Source: Chara braunii
Lineage: Eukaryota > Plantae > Charophyceae
Direction of reading: 5' to 3'
Length of the DNA stretch: 42,650 nt
Assembly (NCBI GenBank): GCA_003427395.1
Contig: BFEA01000018.1
Span: forward strand, 5,663,510 to 5,706,159
The notes under the pieces were generated by a model. It did no database searches, had not been told where the DNA came from, and was given only the letters and a program-made list of their open reading frames with translations. The position numbers and the translations under genes were made by a program. Of the stretch, positions 1 to 10,948 are shown piece after piece (the first letter of the stretch is position 1; each line of letters starts with the position of its first letter).

Positions 1-57
1 ACTTTGATTTTGGTTAAGGTGGATTATCACTTACAGTGTAATCAGTGAGGGGATTCT

Positions 58-117
58 ACAGACTGTTGAGGGTTCAGCCTCCTGATGAGTCGGTGAAACT
101 CCGACGAAACAGTTTGT
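58..117 (+). ncRNA. Type III hammerhead ribozyme (intact core)
   Basis: Stem III ACAGACUGU(58-66) pairs with ACAGUUUGU(109-117). Cleavage triplet GUU at 65-67. Stem I GAGG(68-71)/CCUC(78-81), loop GUUCAG. Core CUGAUGA (82-88). Stem II GUCGG(89-93)/CCGAC(101-105). GAAA (106-109). Outer extension AGGGG/CCCCU. Confidence 0.9.
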
Positions 118-185
118 CACAGCCCCTTGTTTGTTGTCCTCTTCTGCCTCTCTGCCTACGGTTTACCGGGCAGTTCTATTTGACG

Positions 186-246
186 ATATATATATATATA
201 TATATATATGACGATATATATGATGATATATATATATATATATATA
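186..246. repeat. (TA)n microsatellite with GACGA/GATGA interruptions
   Basis: Direct reading. Confidence 0.9.
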
Positions 247-1022
247 TTTTTTGCACGCCCGGGTACCCCGGGCGTCAGACCCCCCCAGGCTTCACGCCCG
301 GGTGCCCGGCCGGGCAGGACCGGCCGGGCGTGAGAATCTTCCTAGCTTTAAATCCCAAAGAGAAGAGGTTAACAGAGTCTGAAATTTTCAGTATTTTTTC
401 AGGGTCATTATAACAAACTTCCCATACCTTTTACACCAGACTTGTCACCAGTCCATAGAGTGGAGACCAAATAAACCAACAGCAAAAAAAAAAAAAAAAA
501 AAAAAAGATTAAAGGGGCTTTAAACCCCAAGGCAAAAGTGCGTTTTCATGCAAAATTCACTCTTTTCAGTTTTCAGGATTTTCAGGATTTTTCAGGGCTG
601 GCCAAAACAGTGAACTCTGGGTCCCTGTTAACCTTTGGTGAGAACCGAAGGATGTGAATTATGAGAGAGGATCGACTAGGTTTATTTTGTGACTCTCATC
701 TGACTGCAATTCTCTGGACTCTTTTAACCAAGGACTAGGTCCTTCGCTTTTTCTCACTCAAGCCTCATCTGCTGCAAAAGGGGATAGAAAATGATGAAAC
801 GGACGAAACATTTTATCCAATTCATATGTGAGCACGATTGTGTAAAGAAAAAGATATGAGAAGAGGGGCAAAGTAAAGAACTAAAACAAAACCCCTGCAT
901 GACAGCTTGAGCCCTTCACTAAAAGCGAGACAAAGAGGGTGCGATACCGGCACACAGGGGACACACCCCGTGACTCCACCCTGCCACTGAGTTAGAACTA
1001 TCAACCCCTACCAACGGGCCTA

Positions 1023-1127
1023 CCTTCTTCCCCCAAATACAACGTACGGTCATTATAGCTGTATTTGAGGGATATTTCAGTCTACATACAGCTATAGTGA
1101 CTGTACATTGTATTTGGGGGAAGAAGA
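1023..1127. mobile_element. 105-bp palindromic MITE, copy 1 (TA TSD, Tc1/mariner/Stowaway-like)
   Basis: TIR CCTTCTTCCCCCAAATACAACGTACGGTCATTATAGCTGTAT and its near-complement. Flanked by C-TA...TA-G. Two further copies of identical length occur in the window. Confidence 0.85.
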
Positions 1128-1739
1128 TAGCTGAGTTGGTACATCCACAAACTGTTAGAATACAGACCCAAGTTCCAATCCAGATGCAATCAGATGACCA
1201 GAATAATATCTTTCTGAATTACCTGGGGCCAGTCAGTTCAATGATGACATCTCAAGGCCATTGCCCTTTTAAAAAAAACAAAACAAAAAAAAGGACTACG
1301 AACCGCTAATGATAACCCCATGTCAGAGTAGGACAATTCTGGTCTGCTCCTACTCCCCAAGAGAATATCACCTGTTCTGGCCCAAAAAAAAAAAAANNNN
1401 NNNNNNNNNNNNNNNNNNNNNNNNNNNNNNNNNNNNNNNNNNNNNNNNNNNNNNNNNNNNNNNNNNNNNNNNNNNNNNNNNNNNNNNNNNNNNNNNNNNN
1501 NNNNNNNNNNNNNNNNNNNNNNNNNNNNNNNNNNNNNNNNNNNNNNNNNNNNNNNNNNNNNNNNNNNNNNNNNNNNNNNNNNNNNNNNNNNNNNNNNNNN
1601 NNNNNNNNNNNNNNNNNNNNNNNNNNAAAAAAAAAAAAAAGGAGAATATCACCTCCCAACCATGATGATGTCCACATCTGCCATCTTCCCCATTCCCTTT
1701 GGATTCTCTTGACATCACTATGCCCCCACAAGAAGTCAC

Positions 1740-2202
1740 TGGCCCACCCCCACTTCAGAGAAGGGCAAACTCACTAAGCCCCCGAGCAACGTACACTTTC
1801 CACCACAGTGACACCCCCACAAAGTAGTGCTCCCACCCAAACCCCAATATGCTATCTACCGACCCTACTTCAGAGTAGGCTGGGCAGGAAGTCATACAGG
1901 CCGAAGTAAACCCCCTCCTACTTCAGAGTAGGACAACCCCCAATATACTAATCCTCCCCTAACCCCGAGGAACATATACTTCCCACCATGGTGACACCCT
2001 CACAGAGTACTGCTCCCCACCCACTAAGTCCCAACATACTAATATCTAATGGCTGTGCTGCGCTAGGCTGGGCACCAAGTACATGGTGCCTCATACTAAC
2101 ACCAACTGAGCATGCCAGTGAGAGGATCAGGGAGGACTGGAATCGAACCCTCAACCTCTCTGTTGCTGGGCAAGAACTGTAAACCAACTGAGCTACACCA
2201 CA
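1740..2202 (-). mobile_element. tRNA-derived SINE-like element with internally duplicated body
   Basis: Minus-strand A-box TAGCTCAGTTGG (2184-2195) and B-box GGTTCGATTCC (2139-2149), but no complete cloverleaf. The body has a ~185-bp-period diverged duplication (~1779-1890 vs ~1963-2075). The 3' limit is uncertain. Confidence 0.6.
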
Positions 2203-2221
2203 TATATATATGACTTGACTA

Positions 2222-2326
2222 CACTCTTCCCCCGAATACAACGTACGGTCATTATAGCTGAATTTGGGATATCCTTCAGTCTAAATACAGCTATAATCAC
2301 CGTACATTGTATCTGGAGGTAGAAGG
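2222..2326. mobile_element. 105-bp palindromic MITE, copy 2
   Basis: Same TIR family, flanked by C-TA...TA-G. Confidence 0.85.
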
Positions 2327-2417
2327 TAGCTCCCTGCTATGATTTTCTCCAGTCCCGTTGAGCGCCAGTGGTTAGGGCATTCGCTACTCGACCATGATAT
2401 GCCTCGAATACCTGCAG

Positions 2418-2505
2418 CCTTATTTTTTTTATTATTTAATTAACAAAAGTCCCTCCAGTGCTAGCGATGCTGTTTAAGACAGACATCGCTAGCACCTGGG
2501 GGGAG
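2418..2505 (-). mobile_element. 88-bp retroposed stem-loop plus A-rich tail with 9-bp TSD
   Basis: TACCTGCAG at 2409-2417 and 2506-2514. Hairpin GTGCTAGCGATG/CATCGCTAGCAC. T-rich left end corresponds to an A-rich tail on the minus strand. Confidence 0.7.
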
Positions 2506-2699
2506 TACCTGCAGGCTGTAGCGTGTTTGGAGTGTATTTTCTGGGTATGAAAAACCTTTCCTTTGCTTCGTTGGGGTTTTGCTGGCTTATGATGGGGTGT
2601 GAACCTACATTTGTAGGGTCTTCTCCCTCTCGTGTGAGTGAGTTACAAATCTCGTTTGGCATTTGTCAGAGCTACCCTTGAGGGCCATTAGGGCACTCT

Positions 2700-2759
2700 G
2701 CAGACTTCAAAAGGTTCGGCTTCCGGATGAGTGGGTACAACTCCGGCGAAACAGTCTGT
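2700..2759 (+). ncRNA. Degenerate paralogous type III hammerhead ribozyme
   Basis: Alignable to 58-117: CAGACT-TC...GGTTCGGCTTC-CGGATGA-GTGGG-TACAACT-CCGGC-GAAA-CAGTCTG. The core is mutated (CGGAUGA), one base is lost in stem III, and stems I and II carry mismatches. Confidence 0.75.
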
Positions 2760-2796
2760 CGCAACCCCCTACCTTTCTGTCCGTACTCCAAAATGG

Positions 2797-2829
<33 letters not shown>

Positions 2830-3300
2830 CCTTAAAANNNAACATATATTCCAAAAATATCAATCGAGGCCGGGGACCTCACAATTCAACCCGGAGTTAT
2901 CCTGACAGCATCAGTCAGTTTAGCTTATAGTCAACCACCCGAGACCTCCATATCTCATAGTTCCAAAAAACAAATATCCATCCCTTGGTAATTCCATTCT
3001 ATATCAAAGTCGTTTCACTACCGAACTCTCAACTACCGCTGAACAACCTCATTGGGCCAAAGTCTTCTCCTATTCTATCCTATACCACCTGGCCTAACCC
3101 TCTACTCTACCTATCCTCCCAAACTCTAATACACAGACCTATCCTCACGGTCTGACCCCGGCCTTCATTGACCGAGAGGAACCAAGGTTCCTTCTACTGC
3201 CTGGACACTCTCCTCCCTGCCCTACCCTTTGCGGCCTCCTGTGGTCGCCGACTGGAACCGAGTGTCCTGGTTCACATTCCTACCACTAGCCTACCTACTC

Positions 3301-6300
3301 TCACTTGTACAGCCATTTCGTCACCATCAGACCTCGGGTGGAGTGTACTCCAGCCAACTGATTCCCTTTTGCCCAAGATCTGAGGAACCACCAAAGTTGC
3401 CTCTTTGAGCCCCGCCCCCACTTGGCTTTCCCCCGCCAATCCACCCAGATCGCCCTTCTCAGACCTCTTTTGATGTTCGTTTTTATTTCCATGTCAGAGC
3501 GGGGGCGACCCTCAAACCTAGCACGGTTCCTGTCCCACCAGATAGTAGAACAGATTATCGCTCTTGCCATGTGTGCCACGTAGCACCAACCCTTTTTCCC
3601 GGACTGGTCTGATTCGACAAAACCCAGCAAAACCCACTGCTCATCCCACTCAATCCCTTCACCCCCGAACCTCTGCCAGTGGTCCTTCCACCACCTCCAC
3701 ACTCTTTTTGATGCTGGGCAGTCCCACCAGAGGTGCTTGGTGGACTCAAAGGGCCAGGAGCAGCGCGGACACTTCAGGGGCACTTCCATCCCACGACTGT
3801 TCAACCAAACAGCAGATGGCGTGACATACAGGGAGAGCATCCACAGGAGGCTGGCCTGCTTTCGATCTGGAATCAATAGAAGCGTTGACCACAGTTTGTA
3901 GAAATCGCCTTCCCTCCCCTGAAGATTAATGCCTAAGGCTGCCCCCCATCTGGCAATTGCAACCCCTGCTGGTCTTCTTTCACCTGTCAGATTATACGAT
4001 TCTCTCACCGAGTAGTTAGTCAGGTCCATCCCCGCAGATGCTCTCTTGAGACAGAACCCCCTCTCCAACTCCATGTCCGTGGGTCTATTGCAAGCTCCCT
4101 CAGGGGTACTCTGCCTACCCACACAGTGGAGGTCAGTCTGCCTCTCTTGTCGAACGTTTGTATCACTCTGGNGATCTGGAATCAATAGAAGCGTTGACCA
4201 CAGTTTGTAGAAATCGCCTTCCCTCCCCTGAAGATTAATGCCTAAGGCTGCCCCCCATCTGGCAATTGCAACCCCTGTTGGTCTTCTTTCACTGCTTCCT
4301 GTTAGATTATACGATTCTCTCACCGAGTAATTAGTCAGGTCCAAGCCCTGCGGATGCTCTCTTGAGACAGAACCCCCTCTCCAACTCCATGCCCGTGGGT
4401 CTATTGCAAGCTCCCTCAGGGGTACTCTGCCTACCCACACAGTGGAGGTCAGTCTGCCTCTCTTGTCGAACGTTTGTATCACTCTGGCTTCTGGCGGAAT
4501 GTTCCAGAGACGAACAACTTCTTCACCTGCGGGAACGAGCGTGGTTGTATGATCCTTGATTACCCATTTCTGCACCTCCCGAAACCCCCCAGTAGTCAGA
4601 CCCTGCATTCTCCAAACACTCTGTCCCTCCTCCGATGGAGGTGCCACGTACCACGTACCAACCGGATCCCTACCTTCTGCTTCCAGCAGAGCCTTCCACT
4701 GGGTTGGGATCGCTTGGATGATCAATTCCCAGTGTTCTTCCATGTGCCAGAGACCTTGCAATTTCGGCTGTAGGACCTCAAACCGTTCCCATGAGCCCAG
4801 AAGGGTCGACCACAGGTTTGCGATCCTCGAAACACCTCTCCGAATCCAAGCTCTTCCGAAGGAGCCCCGCGAGGCGTCTGCTGAGAATGGCCTTCCATCC
4901 GGGCCCACTATCATGGGGTTCTCAAACAGCCCCTGCCTGAGTACTTCCTCTCTCGAGACTGGGGGCGTCCTAATGTCTGGTGGGTGTTTGATCCATGCCC
5001 TCCTTACAGCCTCCCAAAACTCCGATTTTAATTTTCCCTTCATTAGGGAGTCTGTAAAAAAGCACAGCTAGACATCCTCTGGCCTGCATAGCCTCCATTC
5101 CCTCATCAGGATCCTTTCTGCAAAAAATATCCAGTCGTCCTTTACTTCAGCGATTGCCACCCGGGAGAGCCAATGTCTCAACTGTGCTTGATTCTTTCTT
5201 TGAGGGTCTATAAGGCCCAGACCGCTCTCATCCTTGGAGCATGAGATCAGCTCCCGTGCCACCTTCACTAGGAAACCTCCCTCTGCCAGTGCTCTAGGCT
5301 TCCATAGGAACCGAGCTACTAAACGTTTGATTTTTGTCACCACAGCAGCCGCCAGTTCCCTCACCGACCCCACGAACCAAAGTAAGGAGAAAAGGGCAAC
5401 ATTAACCACCAGAGCTCTTCCAAAAATCGAGAGATGCCAGGCTGGGCCCCAACTCTTCAATCTTGCCACAACCTTTTTTTGCAGGATCGCCCCCTGGGTA
5501 ATACACATGGTTTGAGTGCTCACCACCACACCCAAAAATCTTTCACCTGTTTCTGGGTTTACTCTCTGCATTCCCCATTCAGCTTGCAACTCCCTACCTT
5601 CCGGTAGGATATATGTGGACTTATTTCAGTTGACCGATGCTTTAGACAGCAAGGAGTACTCCCCCGGCACCGACTTGACTGCCTCCAATGACTCCGCTGT
5701 GTTGGCCGAAATTAAAAACAGATCATCGGCCAACGCTTTTGTGCGGCAGTCCCTGTTTGCCGACAATGGTAACCCTCGGATTCGGGGCTGCTTACGAATT
5801 CGATTGAGAGGGACTTCCAACTGTAGGACGAACAGGAGCGGGGCGAGCGGACAGCCTTGCCGAAGCGATCTTGACAGCTGAAAGGTCCTGGAGAGGTGCC
5901 CATTGACTTGGACTGTTGAAGAGGACAGGGTATACATCGCAATAACCCATTTGCAGAAACCCTGCCCGAAGCCCATCTTCCGCAAAGTGGTCAGCACAAA
6001 AGACCAGCCTACCCGATCGTAGGCCTTCTCCATATCCAGCAACAGAATTGCCGGATCCAGGTTCTCCTCTTGTATCACTTCAATGCTTTCAATAACTGTT
6101 AGAATGTTCACGAAGATCGAACGTCCATGTACAAAGGCCCCCTGATCTCTCTCTACCAACTTAGGAAGTATTCTACCTAGCCGCAGGGCCAGCGTCTTGG
6201 CTAACAATTTATAATTGACATTCAAAACAGAGATAGGCCGATAGTTCCGGATATGGGCCTTATCTCCTTTTTTGAACATCACTGAGATGACCCCGTGGGT

Positions 6301-7878
6301 TATCGCACCTCCTAATTTCCCCTCTCCCAGCACCTCATTATACACTTCCACCAGCGGAGGAAACAACACGTCCCCACAGGCCCTGTAGAACTCTACCGTC
6401 AACCCGTCCCTCCCTGGACACTTTCCTGGCGCCATCTCTTTCCCTGTTTGCTTCAATTCCTCCTCCGTGATTGGTCTGTCCAATGCTAGCCTGTCTGTTT
6501 CCTCAAGAAGGGCTGCGGTGTCCTCCCACATGTTCACTTCACGTGACAGGTCCGTATCCACTATGTCTTCCGTCCTCCTGGTCGTAAGAATGTTTGCATA
6601 AAAGATCCTGGCATATTCCAACAACTCCTCCTGAGTCAGCGCTTTAGGGGCTCTCTGGTCAAAAGGGTGGTCCAACTGCACTACCTGCTGGAAAGAGGAG
6701 CTCGGTAATAGCTTGCGGAACGTTTCTCTAGTCATCCTATCGTACACCAGTATCCCCTTGACTTTCAGAGTCTCTTCCCATCTTGACTGTTTATCCAATT
6801 GCAGTTTCTTCCATTCCGCTGTTCTTGTTTCCCTTTCTTTCGCCCAAACCAGTGTTGAGATAGGATGCATCTCCATCTTTCCCTCAGCCTCCTCCACCCT
6901 CCTTCTACATTGCTCCTCCTCCTTATTACGATGTCTTGCCAGAATTCGGGAGCTGACATCCAATACTCCTGAGATGACCACCAAGCCTCCGTCTAACCAG
7001 TCTGCAGTGGAAGTGAAATGTGGCCTTGCTGAGCGCCATGAGGCCATCTGCTCCCGAACCCAGTCTAACAGCCCCTGATCTTCCAAATTCTGACTGTTTA
7101 GCTTGAAGTAGCTTCTTCCCCTTTCTCGGCCACCCGACAGCACCAGGTCCATCAGGACTGGTTTGTGGTCAGAGAGCGGATGACCGACCTGTCTAACATA
7201 TGTCACACGCTGCACTAGGCCCTTGCTCACCAGCGCATAGTAATCCAATTTGTGTCTGATCACCGCCTGCTGATCTCCCTCCCCCCTGATGTTCGAGTAC
7301 CAGGTGTACCCTGGTTCCTCCGGATTCGGCAACCGAAAGGGGTCCGACAGGTCACGATCCTGCATCAGTTCCCGGAGAGCCACATTGTCTCTTCTCCCTG
7401 CTGTGCGGGAGTTCCTGCTCATAACCTCATCTAGGGACAAATTCCAGTCCCCTATTATGATTAAATTGTCAGTTTCAGGAACGATCCTCCGCAAGCTTTG
7501 AAAGAATAGCCCCCTTTGGGTTGGGTCAGTGGGAGCATACACTGTCAGCACTACCTACTCTGTTTGGCCTGTGTGCAGTTTGACCCATACCCACCTCCCC
7601 CATAAGTCTGTTTCTGCATCCACTACCTCCGCCTGTAAATTCTTGTTTAGCAGAATTGCAGTACCCCCCCTTGTCCCTTGTGCTGGGGACCAATATTGCG
7701 GACCGTCCCACCATTTCTGAGAGGATTGCAGTTTCTCTTCATCCAATTTGGTTTCCTGTAAACCTATGCAGTCTATCTTCTGGTGGAACATCCAGGCCTT
7801 CACCCTCCTCCTTTTTTCCCTACCTGACGTATCCCCTAGACCCCACACATTCCAAGTGGCCAGCTTTAATTTAACCAT
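3301..7878 (-). pseudogene. E1 ORF2: apurinic-type endonuclease + reverse transcriptase + C-terminal zinc finger
   Basis: Endonuclease motifs ATWNVWGL, LQETKL, VYAP, GDWN, SDHKPV. RT motifs PGRDG, NYRPISVLN, LDMEKAYD, LRQGCPLAPLLF, LADD. Zinc finger CPRC...HLWWDC. Split over ORFs 7555..8028, 5626..7551, 5068..5589 and 3301..5043. Confidence 0.95.
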
Positions 7879-10800
7879 TGACAACAGTTCCTTCCGCTTG
7901 ATCTTGGATGCGGGGTTCAGAGTGCTCATCGGCCCAACTTGACTCTCTCCTGACAGGAGATTGGTGCATCGGGCTACGACCCTGACTGCCCCTTGATTGA
8001 CCTGACTGTGTGGACGAGCGCCACTCATCCACCATAGAGTCCAGCAGGAACTTGGATCGAAGGTTCAGCGAGTCCGGAAGTTTTTCGTTAAGATGGAGCA
8101 GTATCAACGCTGACACCTCCTGAGTTATGGCGATGGTATCTAGCTTGTGGCTATTCGCTTCCCTTACTGCATTCAGGTTGAACCACTTCACCCCTACTTG
8201 AGTGAGGGATTCCGCAGTTTCCGTATCCAGGCGAGCGTCCAAGAGCGGAAAGTACAGCTTCAAGATTTTTGTCTCCAGGGGTACTGTGACGCTGGTCATT
8301 ACTCAACGGGGGATTACCCTAATAGGGAAAGTGTCCCCGAACAGGAACTTCGTCCTTGTCAGAATCTCCCCGGGCAGGGGTGTTTTGTTTGTTAAAACAG
8401 ACGGAAGGTAATGCCTGCCCTCCGCCTGCGACAAGCCCAGGAAGTAGGCAGAGCTCCCCGCCATGGCGCATACAATGGGAACCATTCTCTTCTCCACCGG
8501 ACGGGGGTCTCTCTCCCGTTGGGACCTATAACCCCGCTTACTCGAGGTATCTGACTCATCCCCTCCCCTCCTCTGAGAACCCCCTGAACTCCCCGTTGAG
8601 GACAGTGAGTTTTCCACCTGCAAAAAACCCGGTCCCCCCAACCCCCGGTCATCTCCTACAAAGTCACTCCCCATCACAACCCACGACTTTGAGCTCGAGG
8701 AAGCCCCTGACAGTACTCTCATGCCTCCCCCTGTTCCAATATGTCCCCTTCTGGAATCGCCAGCCGAGAAGTAACCTCTGAGCTCTTGTGATCCTTGCCT
8801 TATTCGTCCTTGAAGCTGCCTGTTTCGAGTGTTGGCTGAGTCTGCATGAGGGGTTGGCAGAGGTAGCGTGCCTACCCCCCTACCAATCCTTTCCTGCCAC
8901 CCGTATGCACCTGTTGGCACTGGGTGGAACACTTGGTTTTGGAGTTGGGCGCCTTGACATCTAGGATCCTCACAACCCTGACATGGATATGGGGCAACCG
9001 ACAGGCCACCCTGCTGCTGATAGGTAGCACCCATAAAAGGTGGGTCTGGGCCTGGGACAGGGGCCGAAACTGGCCCTCTGGGCCACGCAGCCGGGTGTGT
9101 CCATGGCGCCATTACGAAACTGCCCGGAGGCGGGGGGCCAAGAGGCTGTCTTACCGCCTGGTTGTAATTGAAGAAGGCTGGGTACAACTCTTGATAACCC
9201 TGGCCCAGAGTCCGTGCGTCCCCCTCGTACTGCGTCCTCTGCTGCAATTGTTGCACTGCTGCTTGAGGAGCTGCGCTTGACTGTCCCTGGGTCCCAGGTG
9301 GTGCTGGTCCTGGGAGAACCCTGTCTAGAGGTTGGGTCTGCTGACCTGGTGGCTGCCGATTTGAAACTTGAGAAGTCGAGGCCTGATTAGGCCTTTGCGA
9401 GTTCTGCCCCTCCTGTTGACGTACTGGAGGCTGCTGCCGAGGTAGTCTGGAGTTTGCCCAGCTCCTCCTTGTACTTGACTCCGCTTGCCTTGGCCAGTCA
9501 TCTTCCGTGTGAAAGTACCAACGACACTTTCGACACCAGTCAGAAAACGGCGTTGCCACTTGGACTGTCCAGAGTTCACCTTTTGGGGATTCAATAGATA
9601 AAGTGTCCTCCACTCTGAACCTTGTCTGCGGGTCCATGTCCAGCTTGATATTCATCAATTTGGGCTTTGACCTATCAGCTTCTGGTGGATGGATACACTT
9701 CACTCCTCCTATCAAGCCTTCTACCGCTGAGGGTAGATAGCACATGGCATCCAATGGTACCCGCAGCGCTAAGATCCAAAAGTTGGTTTCCACTTCCCTC
9801 AGTCTCAGCTCTTTAAGCTCCAGCTTCATCATCCACGGCTTTATCAGCACCGGGTACTCCTTCCCTCCGAGCTTTAAATTAATAGTACGCTTCTGGATCA
9901 ACCATGTAGCAACTTCCACTGCCTTTGCTACGTAGGACACCACGTTCGGGCTTTCGAACTTCACTCTCCCCCTCCGAATGTTCAGATCGAACAATCGTCT
10001 GGCCATCCACCCATCTTCGTAGGCCCTTATCTGATCCTCCTTCACGCTCCTAGTAAGATCTCTGGCCTCGTCCTGAAAAATAAAGGTCACTGTCCTTTCT
10101 TTAAGCCATCTCTCCTTTATTGCGTCGAAGGATTCATTAACTCGAAACCTTTTGCCCCTCTCATCAATAATTACCTCCCCTACATTTTCCACCAGATGAA
10201 CCACGCCCTCATCATATTACTGTCCAATAGATTGCCTCGTTCTATCGTCTGCTGCCCAAAAAATTATCTCGGGAGGGCAAGGGGGGGGAGATCTGCCCCT
10301 CCCACTCACTTCCCTCATTCCCTCTGCCTCCATCCGTCCGCCGTCTATCTTTGACTTTTAGTACTTCGCCAACATAGAGCAGCGGGCTAACACTCATCCC
10401 CCACACGTCTCCTCTGAAGCTCCTGATGCAACTACTGCTTGATAGGGGGGCTCTCCTAACTCTAGATTGATGACGACAACAGGCCCTATCTAGTCTCATC
10501 CGGGGATAGAGACCAAACCCGAGGCAACTGGATACAACTTTCCCCTGTCCCCCTGACTTCCATTAGGTATGACGCTTCAACTTGGAACAAAGGTCGATAT
10601 GCCCTCCAAACCTCTCCTTCTCCAACCTCCCTCTTAGACGTTCGTTGGGTGAATCCCAACCTTGAGTCTGATGACGGCAATTTCTTGAAACATACCCTTG
10701 ACTTCTCTACTTCGAGCTATCTGTGGCTCGTCTACATAGCCATCTTTCCAAGAAACGGGTTCTAGCTGGCTACCTCGAAAGAACTTCTCTCCGGACTTTA

Positions 10801-10948
10801 GTCGGTAGCCACGATGAGTGGCTATAGTGAGTTCTTCGTGCCCCGTCGCGATGGCGGGGTTGACGACGAGATAGGGCGCGGCGTCGACCGACTGAAGAAC
10901 GCTAGGCAAAACCGTCGACCCGAGCCGGCACCGCTTCGGAACGGCCAG
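7871..10948 (-). pseudogene. E1 ORF1: gag-like protein (DUF4283/RRM-like region, CCHC knuckle, Q/P/G-rich linker, conserved C-terminal domain)
   Basis: ORFs 10634..10909, 8303..10204 and 7871..8299. Knuckle WCRKCRWYFHTEDDW (last Cys lost). Collinear with E2 ORF1. The CTG at 10948 aligns with the E2 ATG at 20458. Confidence 0.85.

Noticed and set aside
1306-1739. ORFs spanning N-runs, microsatellite ORFs and antisense ORFs over the LINEs and the PUD-like gene
   Set aside because: They are artefacts of gaps, low complexity or antisense shadows of real coding frames.
2125-2202. Functional tRNA genes here and at 32780-32856
   Set aside because: A and B boxes are present, but the acceptor and anticodon stems do not pair properly. 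They are treated as SINE heads.
2866-2927. 3' motif as a hammerhead (contains CTGATG)
   Set aside because: It lacks CUGAUGA, GAAA and the three-stem arrangement. It also does not fit the twister, pistol or HDV consensus by eye.
3866-4486. ~305-bp tandem duplication inside E1 ORF2
   Set aside because: The junction coincides with a single N (4172), and the copies differ only by small indels and substitutions. It is most likely a contig-overlap artefact.
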